A stretch of DNA of 61,000 bases, counting the filler, from Asterionella formosa (Eukaryota), in assembly GCA_002256025.1 (NCBI GenBank). It is 5 parts of 5 records of this genome, joined end to end, with 100 filler letters (N's around TTAATTAATTAA, not from the genome) between each part and the next. Parts side by side here need not be neighbours in the genome. Positions count along the whole stretch, not along the records: positions 12,224 to 24,345 come from NKIB01007813.1; positions 24,446 to 36,565 come from NKIB01007824.1; 3 more parts are not named here. One strand, written 5' to 3'. The notes under the pieces are model-generated. The model saw only the letters and a list, made by a program, of their open reading frames with translations, had not been told where the DNA came from and made no database searches. A program made the position numbers and the translations under genes. Shown here piece after piece: positions 12,224 through 25,000 of this stretch (position 1 is the first letter of the stretch; every line of letters starts with the position of its first letter).

Positions 12224-15200
12224 AGAACCATAACCCGTGTTCTGACGAAGAGTACGAATTGGAGACAGACAAAGGAGTCAGGGCTATCTACGAGGCCAAC
12301 GACAAGGCGTACCAGTTGCTCATCATGAGCTGCACCGGAATCGCCTTCGGCCTTGTAAACCAAGCCAAAACGAAAAAGTTTATCGATGGCGATGCATATA
12401 TGGCGTGGAAGAACCTCGAAGCGAGGTATGCCCCCCATTCTGTGTTGGACCTGATCCAGCTGGCAAGCGATTTCAACAAATGCAAGCTGAACAATAGCTC
12501 CTCTGATCCAGACGAATGGTTCATTGAGCTCGATCTAATACAAAGCAAGATGATGGAGATCGACCCATCATTTGAGAAGAAAGAAATGGAAGTGATTGCG
12601 AACGTAATCGACAAGCTTCCAGTGGAATACAGCGAGGTTGTTACAGTCGTCGAGGGCATGACAACAATCAGCCTCAACGAATTGAAAGGAAAGATCCGAG
12701 CATTCTACAAACGAAAGCTAAAGGGCACGAAGAGCACAAAGGAGATCGCCCTATTCACGCAGAAATACAAAGGTATCTGCAAGAACTGCGGCAAACAAGG
12801 GCACAAGGCCGACGTGTGCCGATCGAAAACGAACACAAGCGGAACGAATGCAAACGGTACGAACGAAAAAAATGAGACAAAGTGCTATAATTGCAATAAA
12901 TATGTCGGGCACATTGCAAGAGACTGCCCGGAACCAAAACGCGCACCACGCGGCGAGAAGAAAAAAGAAACCGGCATGTACGTCGGAATGTGCGAGGAGA
13001 TTACTGGTATGGAGGCGACGGACGATATCCCCGGTACCATGGACATGACGCAGAATAATACCAAGACTCCTACTGAAGAACTCCTACGCGTGTGTTTCGT
13101 CCCTACAATGGAAGACGAGTGGTACGAAGACCAATACTGCGCAGCAAGCAACGGAACGGAGCGCTGACTCGCGGACACTGGGGCTACCACGCACATCACT
13201 ATGACTGACGAATACATGACAAACGTCGAAAATGTCAAGGTCTCGGTCGTTGTCGGTGACAGTAAAGAGGTGGTATGCACGAAACGAGGTGACATTTTAA
13301 TTACCAACAAGACGTGCTCCATGTTACTACGCAAGGTACTCTACACTCCACACTTCCACAAGAATATCGTCAGCATCGGGCAATTTGTCAAGAACGGAGG
13401 GTGCGAGGCACGCATGAAGGGGTCTGAGTTGAGTCTACATAAGGAAGGGTACGACAACGAACTAACCTTTTCTTGTGAGGATCAAGGCGTCCTTTACTAC
13501 TTCAAGAGAAAACGTACCCTACAATCCGAAACGGTCTTGTCTATCCATGACTCGACAACAAACCGTAAACCTGATCCTACTCCAACGAATACCAAGACAG
13601 TGACACAACTTCCTACGGCAAAAACTACCAAGAAACCAACGCAAATTGACATCAACGAGGCCCACGACAAATACGGCCACATCAGCGAGGCATCCCTTCG
13701 CGCAACGCTAAAGTCCCTCGGTATTGAACCTACGGGCAAGATTCAGTCGTGTGAAGGCTGCGCACTAGCTAAGGCAAAGGCCAAAGCGGTACCTAAAGTC
13801 ACAACCCTCAAGGCCTCTACTCCTGCTGAACAATTGTACGTGGACATTTCAGGTCCCTACAAGCAAGAAATCTCTAATTGGAAGCAACTACTGGATTCTA
13901 TTTGTGGATCAGTACACAGGCAAGGCATGGAGTTATTTTGTTAACAAGAAGAGTCTTTTGGCGAGCGTCGCGGATGCCCTATTGACTACACTCAAGTCAG
14001 CGGGCTATGTAGTACGCTTCCTATGCTGCGACAACGTCGGTGAAAACATGACCAGTCTAAGTATCGTCTGCACCATGCAGGGTATTCAGATTGAGTATAC
14101 TGCCCCCCCCATACTCCTCAACAGAACGGAGTCTTGGAACGAAAATTTGTGACGATATGAGACCGAGCATGTGCCTCCATGTTCAGCGCAAAATTGTCAG
14201 ACGAATACCAGTGGCTACTGTGGGCTGAGAGTGTCCACATGCACACGCGACTAACGAACTCTGTCGCTAACTCGAATACGGGAAAATGCCCCAATTGGCT
14301 TTTCTACGGCTTTCAGCCTAAGATTTATCCTCACCTGATTCAGTTTGGCAGGGTGGGGTGGGCCACGATTTGGACGCCAAGGCAGAAACTAACCCCAAAA
14401 AGTGTCAAATGTGTCATGCTTGGATACAGCCATGACCACGCCGGTGATACCTACTGCATGTACAACGTTAAAACGAAAAAGGTCTTCAACACAAGAGACC
14501 TTAAATGGGCCGACTGGCATGGAAATGCCAAACCCACAGCGGACATGGACAAATTCACCACAGACGGATCCGGTATAGACGAGGACTTCGACACTCCTAC
14601 TAAACCTACCAACGTAATGCCTCCTGACAAGCAAGGGGCTACTACACTACTACCAACGAAACAAGACGATCCCAGTACTCCCAAGGGAGTGAGCTTTGCA
14701 GATTCCGTCGCAGGTGGTATGAATACGAACGAGCCTCATACGAATAATGCTACGAAATCTACAAAGCTCGATCGAGAAATGAATAGGCTATCTACAGGCT
14801 TTGTGACCTCACCTACTCCTACTCGTGCAGGCACACGTCAGCAATCATCCGCAGCACGCACGCTAATATTGGATGATGACACCATCGAAGATACCAACGA
14901 AGAGCACCAACCTAGTGAGGAAGCACACTCAACCAGCCTAGCTTCTGACCCACTGGAACCCAAGAGCTACAAGCAGGCACTATTAAGTAACGAAAAAGAC
15001 GAATGGACCAAGGCAATCAAAGCAGAGATTGAAAACTTCTACTCCCGCAAAGTGTGGAAACTACATTCTCGTAAGAATCTAAATGGATAAAAGCCACTTG
15101 GAGCAAAATGGGTATTTAAAAAAAAGAACGAGCACAACAACACTACGCGCTACAAGGGCCGTATTGTGGTAAAAGGCTACGTGCAGATACCAGGTGTCGA

Positions 15201-16980
15201 TTTCACAGATTCATTCGCACCTGTTGTTACGGATACTGGCCTACGTATTGTGTTTACAATTACCCTACACAGGAAAGATTTTGTATGTGAAATTGTGGAC
15301 ATCGAAGCGGCATTCCTCAAAGCTGACCTCGACGAAGAAATTTACATAGAATGGCCAGATGGAATCGCTGACTTCCACTACGAAAATGAAACGACTATGA
15401 CTGACAACTGTATCCGACTGGATAAGGCAATGTACGGCACGGTACAAGCTGCACGGCAATGGCTCAAGAAACTCCGAGACTGCCTACTTGATATGGGACT
15501 CAAGCAAAGCCGTGTCGACCCCAGCGTATTCTACGAAAAACGAGAAGGCATCCTTACCCTACTGCTATGCACCTACGTCGATGACCTCGCAGTAACCGGC
15601 AGCCAAGCCGACGTCAACAAGTTCAAGTTGCACTGAAAAAATTCTTCAACGTTAAAGAGCTTCGCCAGCTACGCAAGCATCTAGGAGTATGGTACGAATG
15701 GGGCGAAGACGAGAAAGGACGCTATCTACAGTCCGAAATGGAGGACTTTGTCAAAGATATGATTAATGACTACATGACTATATTTGGAAAGGAACCAAAG
15801 AAAGCCTCAACGCCGGGATTCCCGGGAACGGTCCTAAGTAAGAACCGAGGAGAGACGATCAAGAATAAGGAATATCGCTCCCTCGTTGGAAAAATACTTT
15901 ACTTCGTGAAGAAAATATCGCCAGTATGCGCCAACGCATGTCGTGAACTGTCACAGCACCTCAACAACCCAGGCGAAACGCACTGGCAAGCATTGGAACG
16001 CCTACTCGGGTATTTGTGTCTACATGGGGACATTGCATGCAGAATGAAACTACGTGCTCCCAACGAGCTACGTATTCAAGATGTCGTGGACAGCGCCTGC
16101 GCCTCTAATCCTGATACACGAAAAAGGGCCAGCGGTTATTTAGGAACGATCGGAGGGTGCGCCCTAATTCACTGGATATCAAAAGGACAGGATATCGTAA
16201 CGCAATCAAGCACTGAGTGTGAATACGTCGCACTCAGTAACGGCTCAAAGGAAACTGTCTTCGCAACGAATCTACTGGGCGAAATAACCACTATCGTGAT
16301 GCCTAGTCTAATGGGTGAGGAAAATACCGGCGCGATTTATTTAACGAAAAATCATCAGGTCAGGGCACGTACAAAACACATCGACGTAAGATACCACTAT
16401 GTACGAGAACAAGTCGAAAACGGAATGATTAAGGTTGAGTACGTCAATACGGAAAGGAATCCTGCAGATGTCCTAGCTAAAAATGTCATGGACAAGATTA
16501 TGAACATGCACGGATACGCGATCCAAAACGGGATGATGGATTGTTGGAACAAGGAGAGTGTTAAAGTGAGCTCATCTACGTAGTTAGGACTCGGACTCAA
16601 ACGAGTCAAACGATTCGAATGAGTCAACTTTGATGTACCAAGCTCTCATCAACCACACATTATACCTTGTTACTCCGACTATAATGAGCCGGACAATATA
16701 AGCTATTTCGGAAGACTGATAGTTTGAAAATGAATGATCATGGTTAAATACCTATGATCAGTAAGTGTGAGATAGACATGGGTCTATCTATGATTGTATG
16801 TTTCTAGAAATGCAAACAGCATCTGGAGAATAGTTTGTTTGTTTGTTCAAACAGAACAACCTAAACTAGATTAGTAAACTCACAATAAGAATATAGAAAT
16901 GGAAAGAGAAACGAACATCTCTATCTATAGTCTTCTTTGTCTAACGATATAGATCTATACAAAAAGGTAATACTTTAACA
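12224..16980 (+). mobile_element. Ty1/Copia LTR retrotransposon with pseudogenised gag-pol; 5' end lost in the gap
   Basis: Copia domain order: gag with two zinc knuckles (CKNCGKQGHKADVC, CYNCNKYVGHIARDC), protease LADTGATTH, GAG-pre-integrase H..YGH...CEGC, integrase YVDISGP/CDNVGEN, RT YVDD, RNase H SSTECEY/KHIDVRYH. Contains several stops and frameshifts. Confidence 0.95.
16559..16980 (+). repeat. 3' LTR of the Copia element (422 bp)
   Basis: Follows polypurine tract AAGGAGAG (16551..16558). Starts TGTTAAAGT and ends ACTTTAACA, a perfect 9-bp terminal inverted repeat with TG...CA ends. Confidence 0.85.
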
Positions 16981-17599
16981 TGTACATACATACATTGTTT
17001 CCAAGTAGACTACTCCTTTTTAGTTATACTCACTACAAACATAGCATTTTTATCAAAACCTCAAATTACATTGCACTTCACATGTGCGGGCACTGCAAAT
17101 ATGTACTCCTTAGCTTTTACTGAGCACAATGCATACCGGTATACGTATATAGTAGGGTTATTGGCAGTTAAAAGCAGTGTGCATCAGACCAGTTAGAGAA
17201 GTTAATCATATCCACGTCGATCTGTTATGTCATTTCAGCTGAATTTTATTTAGCTGAAATGATATGAGCACTCAAAATCTGGTGAGTAACTTTGTTCTTT
17301 AAAATAAATTAGCCAAGTAAATATATTTCTGACGCAGGCCTTATGATTCCTCCTACTATCTAATTTTCGGGTAATTTTTATTTCACCCAAAACCTCTTTT
17401 CTCTATCAAAACTTAGATTTATTTATATAGCAGCAGGATGAGTGAGTGATAGCAATCTCTCCTGTCAAATGCTTACCTGTAGCCACGTGTACCTACCTAC
17501 TTACAGTTAATCTTCAATAGAAGTCAATGCACAACTAAATCTATTAATTGCTCACAGCCCTTCATCTTGTACTTGTATACCGGAAAAGCTCCACTGATT

Positions 17600-20300
17600 T
17601 GAGATGAATTCTTCAAAGAAGAAGAATCGCAATGAAGACAGAAGTGATGAAGAGTATGTGGTGAGTGAATTCTCATACGTTTCTACGTCTTCATCCAATG
17701 ACCATGGCAAGCAATGCCACTGTCAGTATTGGTGATGCACAGAGAATGAGAGAATCCTTTCGCACGCATTTAAACGCTGTAGCTTTTGGTTTTTTCAATG
17801 AAAACGCGGCATCAGGCACAACTCCAGTCAATACAGAAACCGGAGCAACGACAGCAACAAAGAATGAAAAGGCGTGCACAAGTACAACTCCAGTCGTTGC
17901 GGAAACCGGAACAACTGGAGCAACAAGGAATGAAAAGGCTGCACAGGTACAACTCCAGTTGATGCCAAAACCGGAACAACGACAACAACAAGGAATGAAA
18001 AGGCGGGCACAGGTACAACTCCTGTTGATGCGGAAACTGGAGCAACAACAACAACAACAACAAGGAATGAAAAGTCGGGCACAGGTACAACTCAAGTCGA
18101 TGCGGAAACTGGAGCAACGGCTGCAACAAGGAATGAAAAGGCATCAGTAGCAGGAAAAACTCCAAAAGTGGAAGCCGGAACAACGACTGCAACATGGGCT
18201 GCAAAGAAAATCGAAAATGCTAAATCAAGAACAAAGAAAAAGACTGCAAGAATTACAGCAGGAACAAAGGAAAAGAACACATCAGGAACACAGGAAAAGC
18301 AGGGTCATGTGACATGGCTGATGAGAAATACAATGAAATTGCGTATAAGACAACAGGAACAGGAAAAACTAGATCATGTGACATGACAGATGAGAAATAC
18401 AATGAAGTTGTGCATATTATTGAAAACTGGGATAATCCAGAGATTTGGCAACAACATCGAATTGGTTATTCACTTGTACAAAAGTATATAGTGAGATCAA
18501 AGAAAGATGTGGAAGAAAATCTAATAAAAAGCCTCTATGTTATCAAGAGAGACAGTGTGAAAGAAGGAGATAATGTGGCGAGAAAGCTTTCTTTTATGCA
18601 AGGAAATGTTTGATGCCATATATGATGCTCACTACAGTCTTGGTCACTTGAAATCATCTGTTACATAGAGAGAGGTTAATTGTCATGTTAATATCACAAT
18701 ACAACACGTGAATGCATTTATAAGTGTGTGTCCTGTGTGTATTCATGCGCATCCTCAAATTCCGAAATCTAAGGGAGCCCGATGTCCTATACATGATTCT
18801 GGTGAATTCCGTGATAGCATGCAAATTGACTTAATTGATTATCGTGCCAATGGGTTAGGGTTAGGGTTATGGATTATGGTTGTGAAGGATCACTTCACTG
18901 GCTTATGCTACTATTTAAGAGCTATTTCAAACAAAAATGCAAAGTATGTCTGCTTTGAATTATACTCTCTCTTTGGATTGATTAGATATCAGCATATCTT
19001 CATTCACACAGATAATGGTTCTGAGTTCACAGCTGAACAAGTTGTGGGTATCAACAGACTTGTGAAACGTGTAATGAACAGTGTACTTGCAACTGAAGTT
19101 CAAAAGGGGAAACTCCGTCCAAACTGGACCAAATACATTGGAGAAGTTAATTCAATTCTGAACCGACAATGTGGTCAGGCCAAAAATGATGTTTCTGCAT
19201 ATGAAACCGTTTTTGGGATTAACTTTGATCCCATTATGCCAGATACCAGCGACAGCATCTGCAGATGCACAATTATCCAAGAGCGCATGGATGTGGCAGC
19301 TAGCAGTAGATTCCGTGCTGTTGTGGAATCCATGTATGACTTGTCGCTTAATCCCCCCAGTGACACCAATGACTCTGTCTCCATGGAGTTGACATTGCCA
19401 CAGGTTGGCAATGTCTGTGACACCACTTTCAGTGGCTGTGACTTTTCACAACGTTTTGCTGAAATTTTGGAAGGACCTGAAGTTAGAAACAGTGTTCAAG
19501 CTCAATCAACAAATGATTATGAGGAAACCAGTGGCTATGATATCAGCAGCAGCGATGATGAAAAACCTGAGAGAAAAGAGCAGTCTTTCCACGTCTACTG
19601 CCACAGTAAAGATGAAATTCTGCATCACAACGATAATCAGGGTAATCAGTTGTTTCAACAGCTACAGCTAGATTTTGGCACAGACAACTTGCTACCGTCT
19701 TCTTCCACAGGCAACTCAGTCAAAGGCATTGACAATGTGCTGCAATCTTCTGCCAATTGCAAAACAGAAGAAAAGGAGCCGGATGGGGATTGTATAAGTT
19801 ATGAAATCATTGCAGCTCCTCCACAAACAAAAAAGGAAAATGAAAACAAGAAGAAGAAATGCCTTATCAGTTCAAGAAGCATTGGAATAAGATGAGGGGT
19901 CAATTCATACTTGGGGAGGAAAAAAATTCAAAAGGTTATATCCCACACTCAATTGCATTTCATGCTGCTTTTCAGGATACCATTTAATCACAGTTTGCAA
20001 TGAAGCATGCCACTCTAAATGTGAAAATACCAATGCCTGGTATGCAACTGATTTTATATTGAGTTTTGAAGCACTGATTGCTCACAAGAACCATGTTGGT
20101 TCCATTCAATTTGTTCATGGCAGGATGGAAAAGTTAATGGGATCTACCCCTAGCAATTTTTTCAGAAGAGGAAGCACTATCATCTGACAAACTATCTCCT
20201 GAACTCTGCAAGATGCTATCATCCTCCTCAGAGGAGGAATTGTGAGATGAGTTGGAAGAACTAGACATTTCGTATTTGTGGACTTTTGCCGAAAAGTAAT
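17600..20300 (+). mobile_element. Degenerate Ginger-like (integrase-type DDE) DNA transposon
   Basis: H2C2 zinc motif AHYSLGH...CPVC followed by rve core MQIDLID, WIMVVKDHFT and HTDNGSEF; no RT nearby in the element. Possible Ulp1-like fragment WYATDFI near 20040. Contains stops and frameshifts; boundaries approximate. Confidence 0.65.
17810..18200 (+). repeat. ~60-bp coding minisatellite, about 6 copies (20-aa unit GTTPVDAETGATTATRNEKA)
   Basis: Recurrent ACAACTCCAGT...GAAAC(C/T)GGA(G/A)CAAC...GAATGAAAAG units, with a frameshift near 17940. Confidence 0.8.
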
Positions 20301-21179
20301 GCATGAATACATATGATGACAATTCCAAGTAGAATGCCGATAGTATATATGATGTGGACTTGCTTTGATTGTCAAGTAGTAATGACAGACCTACACGGTT
20401 ACATGTGAATTCCAGCTGCTGGTACAACACATATATATAGTGATGTTATCACTATATACATGTTATACTACATACTACTGGGTACTACCAGTACTTGCAT
20501 GTGTGTTTGTACAGGTGCCTGTGCGTGGTATGGGGTCGATGAGACAGCAACTCCATCTTGACCATGACGAAATTATGGATTTGAATATCTTCAAGAATAT
20601 TAACAATGAACAATTTCAATTTCGCACGTTTATGTAGACTAACATAGACGAGATTATCGTTCAATAATGAAAATATTTGCACTATTATTGACAACAAAAA
20701 GTTGAAATCGGTGCTGGAATTTGTTTTTGGTCGTCATTTGCTCAGTTTTGAAGATATGACCAAAAACGAGACAGTGTTGAGTCCGTGGTGATTAGCTTGA
20801 TAACTTTGACTAGATAAGGTTTTCTATATTTATATTTTGTAGAAATAGATGAGAAAACCTGGGCGACAGTATTCTCGGAGAGGGTACAACATTTGAAGAT
20901 GCATCAAATTCCTCTACGTCAATTTTGTAGTGAGTTTCATGTAAGCAATAATTGTCGTGGTTCATAGTTCTATGGAATCTTGATAAGGTCATTTAACAGT
21001 TTAATATAGACATACTTTCAGCCATTAAACAATACACTGCTTGTCCTTTACATGAATAAAAACTTCGCATTGCGGAAATGATCACGAACACCACTGACTG
21101 ACGGTTTATGCATTTTCGGACACTTTTATGCAAAAATTGTATTCTTTCCAGTATTTATCATTTAACTCGAATACAAACT

Positions 21180-23058
21180 AGTCTCACTCAACGTGCTGAA
21201 TATGGATTTTTCACCAAATTTGATGTGTCTATGCAATATTATTCATTTGCATTAGATGTGGAGAGTCAAAATTTGTGTGCTATTTCCACTCTGTTTGGTT
21301 TATATAAATATTTACGTCTCTCTATGGGGGTAAAACAATCATCTGACATTGCCCAAGGAACCACCATGGAACAGGTTTTTGGTGATTTAGATGACATGGA
21401 CATTTATATTTATGATGCGGCTTGTATTTCTATGAATTTTAAAGATCACCTACATTCGTTGGATACTATTTTACATCGCTTGCAGGCAAATGGTTTCACA
21501 ATTAATCCATCCAAGAGTAAATGGGAAGTCCAATAGACAGATTGGTTAGGCTCTTGGCTAAATCCTAAAGGACTGAAACCTTGGTCTAAAAAGGTCCGAG
21601 CATTGAAAAATATGTCTTCACCTACCAATCTCAAACAAATCAGATCTTTTCTAGGTGCGGTTACCTACTATCGAGACATGTTTCTTCGACGTTCTGATGT
21701 TCTCGGAAAATTCACGGATTTAATTGGAACTGTTCCATTTGTCTGATAACCTATACATAAACAAGCTTTTGCAGAAATGAAAACATTATGACTTGCAGAT
21801 ACGCTCATGCGCTATCCTGATCATAATTTTTCTTTCCATCTTTTTACTGATGCTTCTGATTATCAATTAGGGTCGGTCATGATGTGAAATGATCTCTCGG
21901 TTGCTTATTATTCTCGAAAATTATCTGCAGCTCAGAAAAATTATTCCCACTATTGAAAAAGAATTACTTTCTGTCGTAGAAAATTTCAAAGAATTTCGCT
22001 CTATGTTATTGGGTGCAGCTCTACATGTTCACAATCTTATTTATAATACCTATCACACTCAACGTGTTCTACGGTGGTGACTTCATATTGAAGAATATCA
22101 TACTACTATTCACTATGTGAAAGGGACTGACAATCCTATTGCAGATTCCATCTCTGGCCTCCTCCCGAGGCTTGAGTTTTTGGTGGGGGATGATATTGGG
22201 CCGACATCTTCAGCATCAACATCCACTTCTACTTTCTCATTTTAATTAGATGATGAACCTACCTCTGCTTACCGGTATCCTCAATCATCCAATCTTGGCA
22301 GACAATATTGAATATCCTCTGGATTATAATTCAATACATGATAGACAATTTCTGGATATACAATTGATTCTCAATCAACAAACAAATCCGATAACATTTC
22401 CTTCAATCAATTTTCATGATTTACATTTAATATGTTTTGTGAAGAATCCAGGGGATACTTGGCGTATTGCTGTTCCTACATCATTATTGGATCCTATTTT
22501 TAATTGGTATCATCAGATGTTAGCTCATGTGGGTATGACAAGATCAAATGCTACAATTTCTACACATTTTTATCATCCCACATTAAAAGGAAGAGAGGAA
22601 CTTATTGTAAGCATATGTGAAGCACATCAACGTACAAAATTTTTACCTGGTGCTGTTTATGGTGAACTTCCACCTCCTAGGAATGCATTGTCATAACCAT
22701 GGTAAGAAGTCGCAGTGGATTTAATTGGTTCATGGAAGATAACAGTGGCTGCACAAGCGATTGAATTTCGTGCTTTAACTTGTGTTGACATAGTCACCAA
22801 TTTACCAGAATTTCACGTATCAATAATAAAAAATCAGAATATATTGCAATTAAATTTGAAAATGATTGGTTAGTCAGATATTCCCGTCCAGAACTTTGCA
22901 TACATGACAATGGAGTTGAATTTACTGATATTCCTTTTCTACACATGTTAGTGTTGAAAGGAGTTAAAGATGTTACTACCGCAGTCAAGAATCCACAAGC
23001 TGATGCTATCTGTGAACGTTTACATCAATCTATCAGTAAAAGTCTACGAGTTATGTTA
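21180..23058 (+). mobile_element. Heavily decayed Ty3/Gypsy pol fragment (RT-RNase H-integrase)
   Basis: RT FFTKFDVSMQYY, YKYLRLSMG, YIYDA; RNase [19 protein letters not shown]; integrase WYHQMLAHVG, VAVDLIG, HDNGVEF, NPQADAICERLH. Gypsy domain order with many stops. Confidence 0.85.
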
Positions 23059-25000
23059 AGGTTCCTGCATTTGAACCCCTAGGCAAAAATTAAAATATTG
23101 CATAGGGTTGCCGAAATTCCCTGGAACTAAGAACTTTTATGTGCTAATTTTGAATATCAATGATTCCGATTGAAATATTCAAATGAGTGGAAATTTGCGC
23201 GTATGTGTATAGATTCCATTTCAAATGCATTAAATATGTATGAATAGATTCTACATCGCTGGATGTATATATAGCTACTCTACCGAATGTATACCTACTG
23301 GGATCAACAAATATGTGTCATATGCACGACCCGGTGGCTCCGAAAAGTATTTGAATGTGCATCCTGTGCTTGTAAGCGTACACTTCCTGGTATCCTGGTA
23401 CCAGGTACCAGCAAGTTGCGGTAAAATTGCCGAAATGACGAATAGGACATCTCGGATTCACACGCCTGTAGATCCAATACTAAAATACATAATCTGGCTA
23501 TCTCGGAAAACGGTTATCATTCATTCGTGGCATGATCGTTTTGAATTCTATTATGCTAGAATTTGATTTGGCAGGAACTATTTTAGGGTCAAACTCATTT
23601 CCCAATCGAAAACCCCCCAATCAAAAAAACTTGGGTTTTTTTACCGGAGAGCTAGATTCCGTCGGGGTCAGATGCGGGCACATGAGAGGGATCAAAGAAC
23701 ATGATAGCCGACCCCCGCCAATGAGTGCACCTGTCCGGGAATACATATAGCGGTAAGATAGCGTTAGATACATACGGTTGTATGTATAAATTGGATGCTC
23801 TCTGCCTACATAACGGGTATAAGAATTGTACAATCGCTCATGAATCGAACATGAGAAATTTCCCATTACCATGATTACAAACCATGATTAAATGATTATT
23901 AATTTTCGATTTTGTACAATTGCTTAACGTTTTTATTAGTTGCTTAGATAGAATACATGTGTCGCTAGCAAGTGGTGAAATAAACGAACACGTAGCTTTG
24001 ATATTCATTGCAAAAGAGCTAAAATAGAAAATCGGCGGAAGCAACATGGCGTTCGACCGCAACGACAATATCTCCATGATTTCTTGCCGAATCAAAACCC
24101 GAGTAGTTCGTACATAACCGTCGTACATCAAGTTGACATATTCTATAATATCAGAAGCTGAAAACAACAATTGGTTTATAATTCGTGATTTATCTGTTTA
24201 CAATAGGCGTGTCATCTTTGTTACCATGATACTACTACCAAACCGGCAATCATCATGTTCCAAGAACATACCGGTACATGCTTGTAGCTATTTGCTAAAA
24301 ACCATATACTGACATGAAGTCAATTGTACCAGGGTGGTACATGGTNNNNNNNNNNNNNNNNNNNNNNNNNNNNNNNNNNNNNNNNNNNNTTAATTAATTA
24401 ANNNNNNNNNNNNNNNNNNNNNNNNNNNNNNNNNNNNNNNNNNNNCATCTGTTTTCTACTAGGCGGAGTACCAGGTACCAGAGTTTACGTGGACATTCCT
24501 CTTTGTTTCATGATTTTCACGCAAGAAGACGACATGCACCATCGGAGAAATATACTGGTATACCACTTCTTATACTCAGCACCGGTCCTCCGAGTATCAT
24601 TCAAGGAGGAGACTATGATCGACTAATATTTTCGAAGCGTTATTTACTTTCAATTTATTGTCGATCACTTTTATTGAGCATGTAAATAATATATCGTACA
24701 GTAAGTATACTGGCACATCTGTGGGCAGCCATTGCCAACATGATACATGCACTACATCAAACTTTGACCGTTGGCATATTTTTACCGTTCCATCATTCCT
24801 CACCTCAAAACAGACACAGACGAAAATCTTGGCTGTCCGCACCATTCTATTTTGACTCTCTCATATTGCTTGTTGCCTCAAATCATCAAAACTGGCGATA
24901 TATTGCCTCCCTCTAGCTTCGTTGAAAATTCAGTAAAGGGAAGGATTGCCGTCTACAGTATACAGGAAGCATTCAAGGTTCGACGGGTGAAACTCTCGAC

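Noticed and set aside
13165..13167. Programmed stop-codon readthrough between gag and pol
   Set aside because: The TGA replaces the conserved Trp before the protease motif (W-LADTGA), and the element has several other stops and frameshifts, so this is decay.
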